A DNA stretch of 64,000 nucleotides from the IMG/VR virus record IMGVR_UViG_3300027800_000004, positions 1 through 64,000 of that record; one strand, given 5' to 3'. The stretch's first letter is position 1. Each line of letters begins with the position of its first letter. This stretch comes from a virus. Positions 48,364-56,922 of the stretch are shown in pieces. The notes beneath the pieces were generated by a model, which worked only from the letters and a program-made list of their open reading frames with translations, was not told where the DNA came from and did no database searches. Both the position numbers and the translations under genes were made by a program.

Positions 48364-49073
48364 CTTTTTCGGTAGTTATTCTCTGGATAAACGAGGTTAT
48401 AATGCCCTCTTCCGGATATCAACCTCTCTTTGCTGTTGTATCCGGAGTTGTGTATTTCAAAGGCTTTTGCCTCCTTGTTTGAGCCGATCCAGAACTCTCT
48501 TTTAAAACGCCAGGGATCATCGAGATAGGAATGGTCAAGTGTGTTGATATAATCTGTTCTTGCCCACCAAAAGTTTCCGGAGAAATGCGGCCAGTATCCC
48601 AGGGGAGTATCTTTATTCCACATCACTCCGCAGCAATCATATCCTTTCTCAAGAATCTTTATGCTGTCACACCATTTTTCTATGGCAAAATATTCCATAT
48701 ATCTTCTCCATGATTCTGTTGGTGCGGTGAGTTGAGTAATGCCTTTAGTGTGAAAATAGCAAACATAGTCTCCGGGGTTTTTTGCCGAATAGTCTCTTAT
48801 AAACTTTAAAGTATCGGACTCATCTTTGTTATCGTCATAGACCATGATGGTGATCTTAGAACTATCCATCGCGCTATCAATCTTTCCACAGAACCACCTT
48901 AACCACTCCAGATGCTTGGAAGACTTTTCTGTTTTCGGATTAATTACCCCAATATAAAATTTGTCACATGCTTCTAACAGGCCCGAATTGATTACGTTCT
49001 CCATCTGGTCGGTAATCATGTCAACACAATGATCTATCAGATACACATGATAGGCAGCAACGATCTTTTTCAT
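48360..49073 (-). CDS. Putative glycosyltransferase-like protein (YFHTKG / HFSGNFWW viral family)
   Basis: E..TL, VCYFHTKG, WRRYMEYF, YDCCGV, HFSGNFWWA..DYI, RF..EFWIG. Confidence 0.55.
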   Translation of the reverse strand: MKKIVAAYHVYLIDHCVDMITDQMENVINSGLLEACDKFYIGVINPKTEKSSKHLEWLRWFCGKIDSAMDSSKITIMVYDDNKDESDTLKFIRDYSAKNPGDYVCYFHTKGITQLTAPTESWRRYMEYFAIEKWCDSIKILEKGYDCCGVMWNKDTPLGYWPHFSGNFWWARTDYINTLDHSYLDDPWRFKREFWIGSNKEAKAFEIHNSGYNSKERLISGRGHYNLVYPENNYRKR

Positions 49074-50293
49074 AATATCTTGATATCGGGAAACATTACA
49101 ATGAATTTTCCATCATACTGACCTTTTAAAGACTCGATGATGTAATCACGAAAGTTATGAGCCAGGATAAGGATGTAGTCAATATGGTTGTCTTTTAAAA
49201 CATCCCGGCTGACTACCTCTATGCCGGTGCCTGGCACGAACTTATTTTGTTTGAAAGGGGTATCATCAATGATGAACTTCATAATGGAATAGTCAATTCC
49301 GCAAGTGTTTAGAAACACACAACCCTTTGCGGCCGCACCAAACCCTGCGATGACCTTTCCCTGAGAGATCAGGTCCGCAATGAACTTCTGAAACTCCTCA
49401 ATCTTCTGGTGTGTTCGTTTGCCCCATTTTATGCAATACTCTTCCGTAAGTGTCTTTTCAAGATTGAGAAAAGATGCTATGGTGGTATCCGGTGTTCGTG
49501 ATGATGTTTTCTTGGCACTCAAGACCCGGAGGGTGCCGGCGTGCATGTCGTGGTAAGAAACATTGATGACCTTTAACCCTTCCTGGTCAAGCAGATCTAT
49601 GATGTTTTGCAGACAGTAGTAGTACACATGTTCGTGATAGATCTGGTCGTAGTTGTCGTTGGCAAGGGTTGTGAGGATATATGGAAACTCCAAGCACCAT
49701 ATTCCATCGTTTGTGAGTGACTGCCGGATCCCGCGGACGAAAGACCTGATAGGTTCGGTATGCTGAAATACGTTTGTTGAGGTGATAAGTTTTGCCTTAT
49801 ATGGCAATCTGATCTTATCGTCAAAATACTCGCAGATATATTCGATGCTGATCTCCTTATTGATGTCAATGAAGCTGCGGCTGCAATCAATGTTGATGTA
49901 TGTTGGGGACCGGTTCTCTTTCTTAAACTCCAAAAGAAGGCTTCCATCATTGCCGCCAATATCCACAACAATATCATCCTTCTGCAATGTGATAAACCAC
50001 GACAGGTAATCATACATGTTGGCGCAATGGTCCAGGTATGGCTTGTTGACTCCGGAACGGTAAAGATAGTTCAGAAAGATGCCGTCCCGGTCAACACACT
50101 CGGTCAGGCTGGTCAACTTACTTTCCGGGAAGAATTGAATAGCCAGGGGAAATTTTTCGCAGTCAAGAGATTCTTGCATTGTCAGGCAAAGGTTATTTAC
50201 CAATGGCACTTTGCCCAGGTTAAGGTATTCTACGGACTCCTTACTTCCACTAATTGGACATTGGGTTATTTTCATGGTTTTGAGTATATCCAA
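49070..50293 (-). CDS. NDP-hexose C-methyltransferase (TylC3/EryBIII/NovU-like)
   Basis: LNLGKVPLVN, YLYRS, VDIGGNDG, TNVFQH, DQIYHEHVYY, GFGAAAKG, DDTPFKQ...PG, ILAHNF. Confidence 0.88.
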   Translation of the reverse strand: MDILKTMKITQCPISGSKESVEYLNLGKVPLVNNLCLTMQESLDCEKFPLAIQFFPESKLTSLTECVDRDGIFLNYLYRSGVNKPYLDHCANMYDYLSWFITLQKDDIVVDIGGNDGSLLLEFKKENRSPTYINIDCSRSFIDINKEISIEYICEYFDDKIRLPYKAKLITSTNVFQHTEPIRSFVRGIRQSLTNDGIWCLEFPYILTTLANDNYDQIYHEHVYYYCLQNIIDLLDQEGLKVINVSYHDMHAGTLRVLSAKKTSSRTPDTTIASFLNLEKTLTEEYCIKWGKRTHQKIEEFQKFIADLISQGKVIAGFGAAAKGCVFLNTCGIDYSIMKFIIDDTPFKQNKFVPGTGIEVVSRDVLKDNHIDYILILAHNFRDYIIESLKGQYDGKFIVMFPDIKIL

Positions 50294-50826
50294 TATTCTG
50301 CATTAAAGCGATCTGTCTGATCTATTTCGGAAAGTGGTTTTAGCCGTGATAATCTTTTACGATCAAACCAAAAGTAATTTCCGGAAAATCTTTTGGGTAT
50401 AGACAGGTAGTTTACCGAAGAGATATCATATCCTGTTTCAATAAGATCCTTATGATGCTGCCACTGACTGAGCATTATGAAATTAAGAAACATCCTCTCT
50501 TTCGTCTGCATGGTATCTTTTGGCCTGGTTACACCTTTGAGATGAAAATAGAAACCAACATAATTACTGGGGTCCTGCTCTATAAGTTTCAATGTGGCAA
50601 ACTCATATTCAAGAGGATTTGTTGTTTGATAGCATAATGCAAACTTCATTTTTGGATATAATAATTGCATTAATTTATCAATATCTTGTTGTGATCCAAT
50701 ACATCCCATCTTAATCTCGGCACAACTATCGTAGAGATGGGATGCAACCAATATATTCAACTGTTCATTTACGATAGCCTCCCAGTTGTTGATGAGGTAC
50801 AGATGCCAATAGCCTTTTATAATCAT
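50272..50826 (-). CDS. Paralog of the 237-aa glycosyltransferase-like protein
   Basis: EFATL, FYFHLKG, GYD, FSGNYFW, RFNAEYWI. Confidence 0.55.
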   Translation of the reverse strand: MIIKGYWHLYLINNWEAIVNEQLNILVASHLYDSCAEIKMGCIGSQQDIDKLMQLLYPKMKFALCYQTTNPLEYEFATLKLIEQDPSNYVGFYFHLKGVTRPKDTMQTKERMFLNFIMLSQWQHHKDLIETGYDISSVNYLSIPKRFSGNYFWFDRKRLSRLKPLSEIDQTDRFNAEYWIYSKP

Positions 50827-51461
50827 GTGTCCTTGATTGAGATTGGTGATTCTCCGTTCTGTGTTTTTTTCGCAATATCCTCCGGTCTTAACTGCAATCG
50901 CTCATCCTCCATGTAACGTAGGATCTCATCCTTGAGATATGGATTGTTATCCTGGTTGAGTATTTCCATAAGCGTATCTTCCAACTCCGTCTGAATATTT
51001 CGCGCGTCACCGATTTGCTTTGTAGATCCTCCCATGATATCCAGCATGATTGAGTAGTAGGATGTCTCGATGCTAACAAGGAAAGCATATTTAAAATTTC
51101 TGTGGAGTCTGACATATTCTACTATTTTTTGATTTACAATTCTGTTTCTTCCTTTCAGTAGATCTTCTATTGGTGGCGCAAAGATACCTCCTCCGGTGTC
51201 TTCAAATCCTACATCGTGGGCCACCTCAATCTTTCTCTTCAGGACATCGGAGTATTTCTTCCGGTAGGGGGAGTTCTTATCATACATGCAAAGGATATAT
51301 TTCAACAATAGATCGTTGTCGATGCCCTCTCCGGGATCCAGCCGGAACGCGCGGACCTTGGCCAACTCCTTGTAAAACTTCAGCACACCGGATCCCTCCG
51401 GTACCCTGGCCGGATTATACATCATCTGGGAAAACTCTCTCTCGTTGAACTGGCTCTTCAT
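50823..51461 (-). CDS. Conserved helical protein, candidate terminase small subunit
   Basis: 212 aa; KYILCMYDKNSPY motif; upstream of TerL once the glyco genes are removed. Confidence 0.4.
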   Translation of the reverse strand: MKSQFNEREFSQMMYNPARVPEGSGVLKFYKELAKVRAFRLDPGEGIDNDLLLKYILCMYDKNSPYRKKYSDVLKRKIEVAHDVGFEDTGGGIFAPPIEDLLKGRNRIVNQKIVEYVRLHRNFKYAFLVSIETSYYSIMLDIMGGSTKQIGDARNIQTELEDTLMEILNQDNNPYLKDEILRYMEDERLQLRPEDIAKKTQNGESPISIKDT

Positions 51462-52156
51462 AGTTTTGCAAAGATATATCTGCGCTGAACTCTCCAGTAT
51501 TTATTCCCTCCGTCAATGTTTGCATGAAGGTCATACTCCAATGGCAGATCAGTAATCTTCTTCATCACAACCATGTCTCCCGGATTGATAGATACCCCTT
51601 CATCCGTATGCCCGTCCACATAAGCCTCATTTGGCCGGCCTAGGTATTTTACTTTTCCGTAAACAACTCCGGTAAGCGATTTTTTATCAGAACGAAACAT
51701 GGTCAGGCCAACCTTCTCCATCCTCTTATCCTGGGCATTGATCTCCGGACTGTCACATGGCTCGATCAGACAGTAACCATTGATAGGAACTATTATCCCA
51801 TCTCTTACTGCGGCAAAGATATTCTGGTATTGTGTCCAGATGTATTTCTGGCCATCCTCTACAATGGCTCTCATTGTTTCCGGACGCAATGCGTTGACAA
51901 CGGCCAGGTAATAGATCACAACCCTGTCACCTAACCTGAGTTCAAGAGGTGTTTTCCAGGGCATCCCTATGTTTGGGATCCCAGTATAAGAAAGTCTTTT
52001 GGGAAGACCGTAGACAATACCTGTAACCGTTGCATGTTTCTCAACCTCGAAGGTGGTATCAATGTATAGTTCGGTTCCATTCTTAAGTTTAATCAGATCA
52101 TTGTCCTTGTCTAATCTTATCATTACGAAGTTGCCGAATGTTTGCTTGTGCTGCAT
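51458..52156 (-). CDS. Tandem GroES-like co-chaperonin
   Basis: Two GroES-like halves: (LKNGTELYID...GIVYGLP...LRLGDRV) and (PINGYCLIEP...GKVKYLG...INPGDMV...YIFAKL). Confidence 0.7.
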   Translation of the reverse strand: MQHKQTFGNFVMIRLDKDNDLIKLKNGTELYIDTTFEVEKHATVTGIVYGLPKRLSYTGIPNIGMPWKTPLELRLGDRVVIYYLAVVNALRPETMRAIVEDGQKYIWTQYQNIFAAVRDGIIVPINGYCLIEPCDSPEINAQDKRMEKVGLTMFRSDKKSLTGVVYGKVKYLGRPNEAYVDGHTDEGVSINPGDMVVMKKITDLPLEYDLHANIDGGNKYWRVQRRYIFAKL

Positions 52157-52445
52157 AATCCTTGTTCTTAATTGCTATTGTCTGTCCGTTAATTTCCTCA
52201 AACCTTATCTGTCCTTTCTTCTCAAGCGTTTTAAAACGGTTAGCCATCGCCCTTTTATTCTTGCGTGACATGTTTTTAAACATGAGCAGTTCTGTCTTTC
52301 TGAGATTAATGTTCTGGCCGTTGTATTTGATTACCACATAGTCGTTGATAACCTCTGTTGCCTTTGGCGGTTCCGGACGAGATACTGGTTTGGTCCACAA
52401 CCAGTATCTTATCCTTCTCCATAACTTTTTCAGAAAAGTTACCAT
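52098..52445 (-). CDS. Hypothetical basic protein
   Basis: 115-aa ORF in the operon. Confidence 0.45.
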   Translation of the reverse strand: MVTFLKKLWRRIRYWLWTKPVSRPEPPKATEVINDYVVIKYNGQNINLRKTELLMFKNMSRKNKRAMANRFKTLEKKGQIRFEEINGQTIAIKNKDYAAQANIRQLRNDKIRQGQ

Positions 52446-52789
52446 ACCGGAGGTTTTTGAGATTTAAACTTTACGTTCAGATCTGCAATTTCCTTCTCGC
52501 CTTCGGCAACCACCTTGGGATTATCGCTCTGCATCTTCGCGCGCGCAACAGCCATTGTGGTTTTGATGTCATCCATCGTAAGCCGTTTCTCCGGCTCTGG
52601 TGGTACAGGAATAAATTTTGGTTTTTCTTCCACTGCTGGAGCCGGCACCGATAATTCCTTTACGATGTCTTTCTTCACAACGGGTTTTTTTGCCACTGTC
52701 TTTTTCACTACCACCGGAGGCGGTGTTACTTTTTTCTGTGTCAGTTCTTTTTTCTTTGTCATAACTCTTGATTTTAATTGGTCAGTCAA
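52439..52789 (-). CDS. Lys/Pro/Val-rich hypothetical protein
   Basis: 116 aa, low complexity. Confidence 0.45.
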   Translation of the reverse strand: MTDQLKSRVMTKKKELTQKKVTPPPVVVKKTVAKKPVVKKDIVKELSVPAPAVEEKPKFIPVPPEPEKRLTMDDIKTTMAVARAKMQSDNPKVVAEGEKEIADLNVKFKSQKPPVW

Positions 52790-52796
52790 ATTTATG

Positions 52797-52878
52797 AAAA
52801 AACCCCCTCATTGGAAAAACGAGGGGGCCGTTCTTGCTATGAACAAGAAAGCAGAACATACAGTCGGCATCTGTATGG
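52797..52878 (-). ncRNA. Candidate small structured RNA or attenuator (three hairpins, U6 tail)
   Basis: TAACTTTG element at 52889-52882; stems CATACAG/CTGTATG, GTTCTTGCT/AGCAGAAC, CCCCCTC/GAGGGGG followed by T6 on the minus strand. Confidence 0.45.
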
Positions 52879-52934
52879 TGTCAAAGTTATATCTTTTTCC
52901 TTGTTCCATTAAATTTTCAGGTAAGTATGTTTTA

Positions 52935-53441
52935 CTATCGTTCACCGGTTAATAGATCTGCACGAAATTGTTCCAACTCTTTCTCCAATCTTTCATCCTC
53001 AATTTTTTTTCTTTTTTCAAAATCAGCAAAAGATTCTTCTTTCTTATCATTCTTAATCATTCTTGTTTGTTGTTGGTTGTTTGTTGATTGATTGTTAATT
53101 GGTGTGTTAGTTTGTTTGTTGGCATCGCTTTCCTCGATTTGATAAGCATCATAGTTGCAAATAGTTATAATACTATATTTGTTTGTTGATTTGATTGTTA
53201 TTTCGCCTGTTGATTTTAGACGGCCTAAACTCGTTCTAATTGACTGGTAACTGACACCAGTTGCGCGTTTGATGCTATTTAAACTGCTGATTGTTGATGC
53301 TTTGTTGACCATAATGCCTTTCCACTTCTTATCTTTATGATTCACAGTGAGTAATAGGTAGAGAAAAATTCGGAAAGTATTGTCGTCTTGAAACCACTCC
53401 CAATTCAGTATTTTTCTGTGTATTTTAATCCATCCTTCCAT
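52935..53441 (-). CDS. Phage replication-initiator-like wHTH protein with internal iteron-like repeats
   Basis: Likely start MEGWIKIHRKILNWEW; FLYLLL, IRTSLGRLKSTGEI...IITICNYDAYQ; TTGTTTGTTG-like repeats at ~53063-53202. Confidence 0.75.
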   Translation of the reverse strand: MEGWIKIHRKILNWEWFQDDNTFRIFLYLLLTVNHKDKKWKGIMVNKASTISSLNSIKRATGVSYQSIRTSLGRLKSTGEITIKSTNKYSIITICNYDAYQIEESDANKQTNTPINNQSTNNQQQTRMIKNDKKEESFADFEKRKKIEDERLEKELEQFRADLLTGER

Positions 53442-53545
53442 AGTCACACTTTTAAAGGAGAGGCGTTCCCCCCAGGGGTGTGACATCCGCGTTTGGCAAC
53501 AGCAGATCCCTGGGGAGTAGCCTCAGTATTTTATTGATAGTCACA

Positions 53546-54421
53546 CTATTTTTTATCCTGCAGAAGTCCATTCTTCTTGCAAAACCTTGTTACTCGTTTA
53601 TAAAGTTCCGGTTCCTCAAGCTGTAAGCGCATATTCACCCTGCGCATCATCGTGTAATCCCTCTTTGTGGTCCCCCATAGATGAGTATATTTTAACTTAT
53701 CAGGGATCACGGTGACATCTTCTGCAATAACCTTGACCTTCTTGCGGAGATTGTGCATCTTGATAAGGCTGGCAGCGAAATACTGCTCATGGAAGAGGTT
53801 CTGGTGGATCAGTACGCCCTTATGTTTTCGGAAAAAGATATCCTGGTTCTCTTCGGCAAAGATGTATTCCGCGGAACACTCAATCCACTCCTTAAAGAAC
53901 TCCAACTTATTACCCCCACAGATCCCGCAGTTGTAGGCAAAGTCCAAAACTTCGTTATCAACAATTTTCTGAGGCTTTACCGGAGCATCAGCGAAACATG
54001 GCCGCATCATGTCGTAATACTTATAGCCGTCCAATTCCATTGGCTCATGGCTCTGGAAGCAAAGATCAGCCTTGAGGATACGTTTGGGCAGAGGATCCCA
54101 GAGAAACACATCATTGTCAATATGCACGAAAGGTACTTCCTGTTCGTTATAAGCAAGGAGTTTGCCATACGCCCAGAAGAAGGCCGACACTCGGTTCATC
54201 TCCTTCAACTTGTCGTTATAATGGGTTACTGGTAGGCCGATCTGTTTAAACATCTCGATAGCCCAGGGAGTGCTGACCATGTGGACCTCTTTAAAATGTC
54301 TTGAGGCACACCATACAGCCAGTGCGGTAGTGTATAGGAAGTCCGAATACTTTACGAATCCGCACTTGTTTACAAAATCTTCATCAGAATTGAAATAGGA
54401 AAAAACCACTCTGTTTATCAT
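53546..54421 (-). CDS. DUF6734-like nucleotide-sugar transferase (GT-A fold, putative)
   Basis: WAYGKLLAY...PFVHIDNDVFLW (DxD), FQSHE, YNCGICGG, FHEQY, YTHLWG. Confidence 0.7.
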   Translation of the reverse strand: MINRVVFSYFNSDEDFVNKCGFVKYSDFLYTTALAVWCASRHFKEVHMVSTPWAIEMFKQIGLPVTHYNDKLKEMNRVSAFFWAYGKLLAYNEQEVPFVHIDNDVFLWDPLPKRILKADLCFQSHEPMELDGYKYYDMMRPCFADAPVKPQKIVDNEVLDFAYNCGICGGNKLEFFKEWIECSAEYIFAEENQDIFFRKHKGVLIHQNLFHEQYFAASLIKMHNLRKKVKVIAEDVTVIPDKLKYTHLWGTTKRDYTMMRRVNMRLQLEEPELYKRVTRFCKKNGLLQDKK

Positions 54422-54440
54422 AATTGCCGATATTAGGATA

Positions 54441-54482
54441 AAAAAAGGGGGAGGGTTAGAAAGTCAGGTCAGACCCTCCCCG
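54441..54482 (-). terminator. Intrinsic terminator after the tandem small-protein genes
   Basis: GGGGAGGGT...ACCCTCCCC stem with a T-run on the minus strand. Confidence 0.65.
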
Positions 54483-54500
54483 GAAACATGGAAAAAAGTA

Positions 54501-54746
54501 TTAAACAAAAAGACCGCCAATGGCGTCACCCAGGTAATAACCCGTAGTGTTAGCATATCCACCGCAAAGGATGTCAACTGCCGTATCGAAACGCCACCGC
54601 AGTTCATTCTTATCAATGACTTGGGTTACGCATTTGTGGATGTGGTGATACTGATCACCGTCCTTGTATCCCTCCGGCTGGTAGTCCAGCTTCTCGGTTG
54701 CGAGAATTTTGAGGTCTATTTTTCCCTGAACATAATTTATTGCCAT
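54501..54746 (-). CDS. Small protein, paralog A
   Basis: 81 aa; C-terminal 24 aa identical to 54777..55037. Confidence 0.75.
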   Translation of the reverse strand: MAINYVQGKIDLKILATEKLDYQPEGYKDGDQYHHIHKCVTQVIDKNELRWRFDTAVDILCGGYANTTGYYLGDAIGGLFV

Positions 54747-54776
54747 TTCTTTATTTTTTTAAAGAGTTAAACATCA

Positions 54777-55037
54777 TTAAACAAACAAGCCACCGATTGC
54801 ATCTCCAAGATAGTAGCCAGTGGTATTGGCATAACCGCCACAGAGTATATCAATGGCTGTTGCCCACCTCCATCTCCAGTCATTGTAGTCCATGTTGATT
54901 GGACGGCATTTATGATCCTGGTTCCATTGCTGTTCGTGGTGTTCAACACCTTGTCTCGTCTGAGGATTAGACTTGTCCACCTCCAGGCACACCTTGGCAT
55001 GAAGGTCTATATATGATCTCACATAAGTAGTTGCCAT
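54777..55037 (-). CDS. Small protein, paralog B
   Basis: 86 aa; ends DILCGGYANTTGYYLGDAIGGLFV. Confidence 0.75.
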   Translation of the reverse strand: MATTYVRSYIDLHAKVCLEVDKSNPQTRQGVEHHEQQWNQDHKCRPINMDYNDWRWRWATAIDILCGGYANTTGYYLGDAIGGLFV

Positions 55038-55055
55038 TTTCTTAAGTATTAGTTA

Positions 55056-55634
55056 TTAAATTAGTGGAATTTCGATGTGTTTGATGATGCCATAGGCAAT
55101 CTTGTTGCCGTCATTGCCAAAAGGAACAACATACAGATCAAGTCCACCTAACAGGGCCACATCCATATTGGCCGTGATCTTTTCAGTTGTCGTACTGGTA
55201 ACAGGCGTTTCTGCTGCTGCAACAGTTAGTGCAGAGGAGAAGGACGGATCTGTATCTACAAGAAAACCACAGGTAGTTGCAACATTATTGCTCTCTACTT
55301 TTGCGGAAAAATACAGCGTCATTGTATCTGTATCAAGGATGAGATCTCCCATCCATACTTCTACCGGTGGCAACGTAGCCAGTTCCCATCCTCTCGTCAA
55401 AACAAGGTAAGCATCAGCATATCTTCCCTGATACTCATTCAAAAGAAGTTCCATCATCGGAAGATCCTTTACAAACTTCTCCTGTTGACGCTCACGGCCG
55501 GGACGTTTCTGTATTGCCCCCTTGTTTGTGTCCCAGGTGATTCTCTCTTCCAGAAAACTAAACCGGGTCTTTATCCTCACATTTCTCAGATGTGAGGCGG
55601 TACCCTGTCTGGATCCAATCGTAATTCTTGCCAT
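55056..55634 (-). CDS. Distant paralog of A/B with C-terminal Ig/FN3-like domain
   Basis: NEYQGRYADAYLVLTRGW aligns with NDWRWRWATAIDILCGGY; C-terminal beta-sandwich pattern (CGFLVDTDPSF...LYVVPFG...AYG). Confidence 0.5.
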   Translation of the reverse strand: MARITIGSRQGTASHLRNVRIKTRFSFLEERITWDTNKGAIQKRPGRERQQEKFVKDLPMMELLLNEYQGRYADAYLVLTRGWELATLPPVEVWMGDLILDTDTMTLYFSAKVESNNVATTCGFLVDTDPSFSSALTVAAAETPVTSTTTEKITANMDVALLGGLDLYVVPFGNDGNKIAYGIIKHIEIPLI

Positions 55635-55681
55635 TTTTCACTTGGTTTTAAATGGTTACACTCAAAATTATCGTTATAAAG

Positions 55682-56083
55682 TTAAGTCTTTTTCCGTAGT
55701 AGGGCGTAGATGTTCTTATTTTCTTCATCATCTACCGATCTCTCACAGATAATGAATGTGAATCTATCAGGACAGGTTGCCCCTGCCGGTCGTGATGTAA
55801 CAGTCCAGGTCTTATCCATCACCAACGAAGCCAGATCTACCGAATTAAACACCGCGCCACCTCTTCCATTCTTTCTTAATCGGTAGGTACTGCCTACTGA
55901 AATAAAAAACTCACTGGGGACATCTCCCTGAAAGACATCCACCAGTGAGCCGTGACGAACATTTAATCTGACTAACGCCACATTTGACAGTATGACCACC
56001 CCACGCCTGGTAAATGATATCGTGGCTAACTTATTATGGCTCTTGTTGGCCAATCCCTCCCTGGTCAACCGAACAAATTTCAT
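55682..56083 (-). CDS. Hypothetical protein
   Basis: 133-aa ORF with ATGA overlap to the upstream gene. Confidence 0.5.
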   Translation of the reverse strand: MKFVRLTREGLANKSHNKLATISFTRRGVVILSNVALVRLNVRHGSLVDVFQGDVPSEFFISVGSTYRLRKNGRGGAVFNSVDLASLVMDKTWTVTSRPAGATCPDRFTFIICERSVDDEENKNIYALLRKKT

Positions 56084-56289
56084 CTCCCATCAAATATCTT
56101 ACCCCAGATATTCTCGTTGTAGTGCCTCTTTGGATTAAATTGGTTCTTTTTGTGCAGCTTTGGGTAATCTGCCCTCTCTTTGGCAGCCTTTGTGTCATTG
56201 TACGCAGCACACTTGCTCGTAGCAGTACGGTAACTTGAACACGACATCAGTAACAATGTCATCACAATTAATAACGCGATCTTTTTCAT
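56080..56289 (-). CDS. Small lipoprotein
   Basis: MKKIALLIVMTLLLMS|C lipobox. Confidence 0.65.
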   Translation of the reverse strand: MKKIALLIVMTLLLMSCSSYRTATSKCAAYNDTKAAKERADYPKLHKKNQFNPKRHYNENIWGKIFDGR

Positions 56290-56301
56290 AGCAATATGGT
56301 T

Positions 56302-56628
56302 TTAGGTGTTATCTTCATTCTTTACAACAGGTGGCATAACCTTAATCTCCGGTCCCTTCTGTTCGGTCTTATCCACCTGCCCGGATACTAATCGTAGCAA
56401 CTGATCAACCTCCACCCCTTCCCTGGCTACTATCACCAGGTACCAGTACAAGACATTACTCATGCTGATGATCTTGCTCATCCTCTCATACTCCCCTCCA
56501 AACTTATTCCGGGGATCCAGACTTAAATTCATCAGTAACATGGCATCATGCAGCTTGTTTAGGACATCCTTGCCATCTTCTGCCTTTAACTCCTTCATCT
56601 GTGCAACCAACTCTTCTACTGTTCTCAT
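56302..56628 (-). CDS. Hypothetical protein
   Basis: 108-aa ORF. Confidence 0.45.
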   Translation of the reverse strand: MRTVEELVAQMKELKAEDGKDVLNKLHDAMLLMNLSLDPRNKFGGEYERMSKIISMSNVLYWYLVIVAREGVEVDQLLRLVSGQVDKTEQKGPEIKVMPPVVKNEDNT

Positions 56629-56640
56629 ATCTCTTAGTTT

Positions 56641-56922
56641 TTAGTTCCTGTTATATCCACTCATCCTTTCCCTTCCATTTACCCTCTGCTTTCCCTTATA
56701 CAGCGTAAAACTACGAAAGATCATATAATCCCCCTCTACTAATACATCCCTCTTCTTCCTGCTGAATATGTACGTTAACCGGTCCCTCTTTATTCCCGTC
56801 ATCCCTTCCAGTGTTACCAGGTTCGTGCAATTACTCACCATACAGTCTGTCAAATCATCCGTTATCGCCTTTCCCCCCAGGCAAACTACTGTGTAAATCC
56901 TCTGTATCCTCTTCCGGTTCAT
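56641..56922 (-). CDS. Hypothetical protein
   Basis: 93-aa ORF; TAGCTTTG (-7 like) element at 56975-56968 upstream. Confidence 0.45.
   Translation of the reverse strand: MNRKRIQRIYTVVCLGGKAITDDLTDCMVSNCTNLVTLEGMTGIKRDRLTYIFSRKKRDVLVEGDYMIFRSFTLYKGKQRVNGRERMSGYNRN

Noticed and set aside
54501-54860. CRISPR-like or DNA-level repeat
   Set aside because: Similarity is at the protein level with synonymous divergence; no repeat-spacer array seen anywhere in the window.
43-56644. Many + strand ORFs of 60-250 aa (e.g. 4066..4812, 10625..11341), and likewise the - strand ORFs 62766..63416 and 63471..63866
   Set aside because: Antisense shadows of long, motif-bearing genes on the opposite strand.
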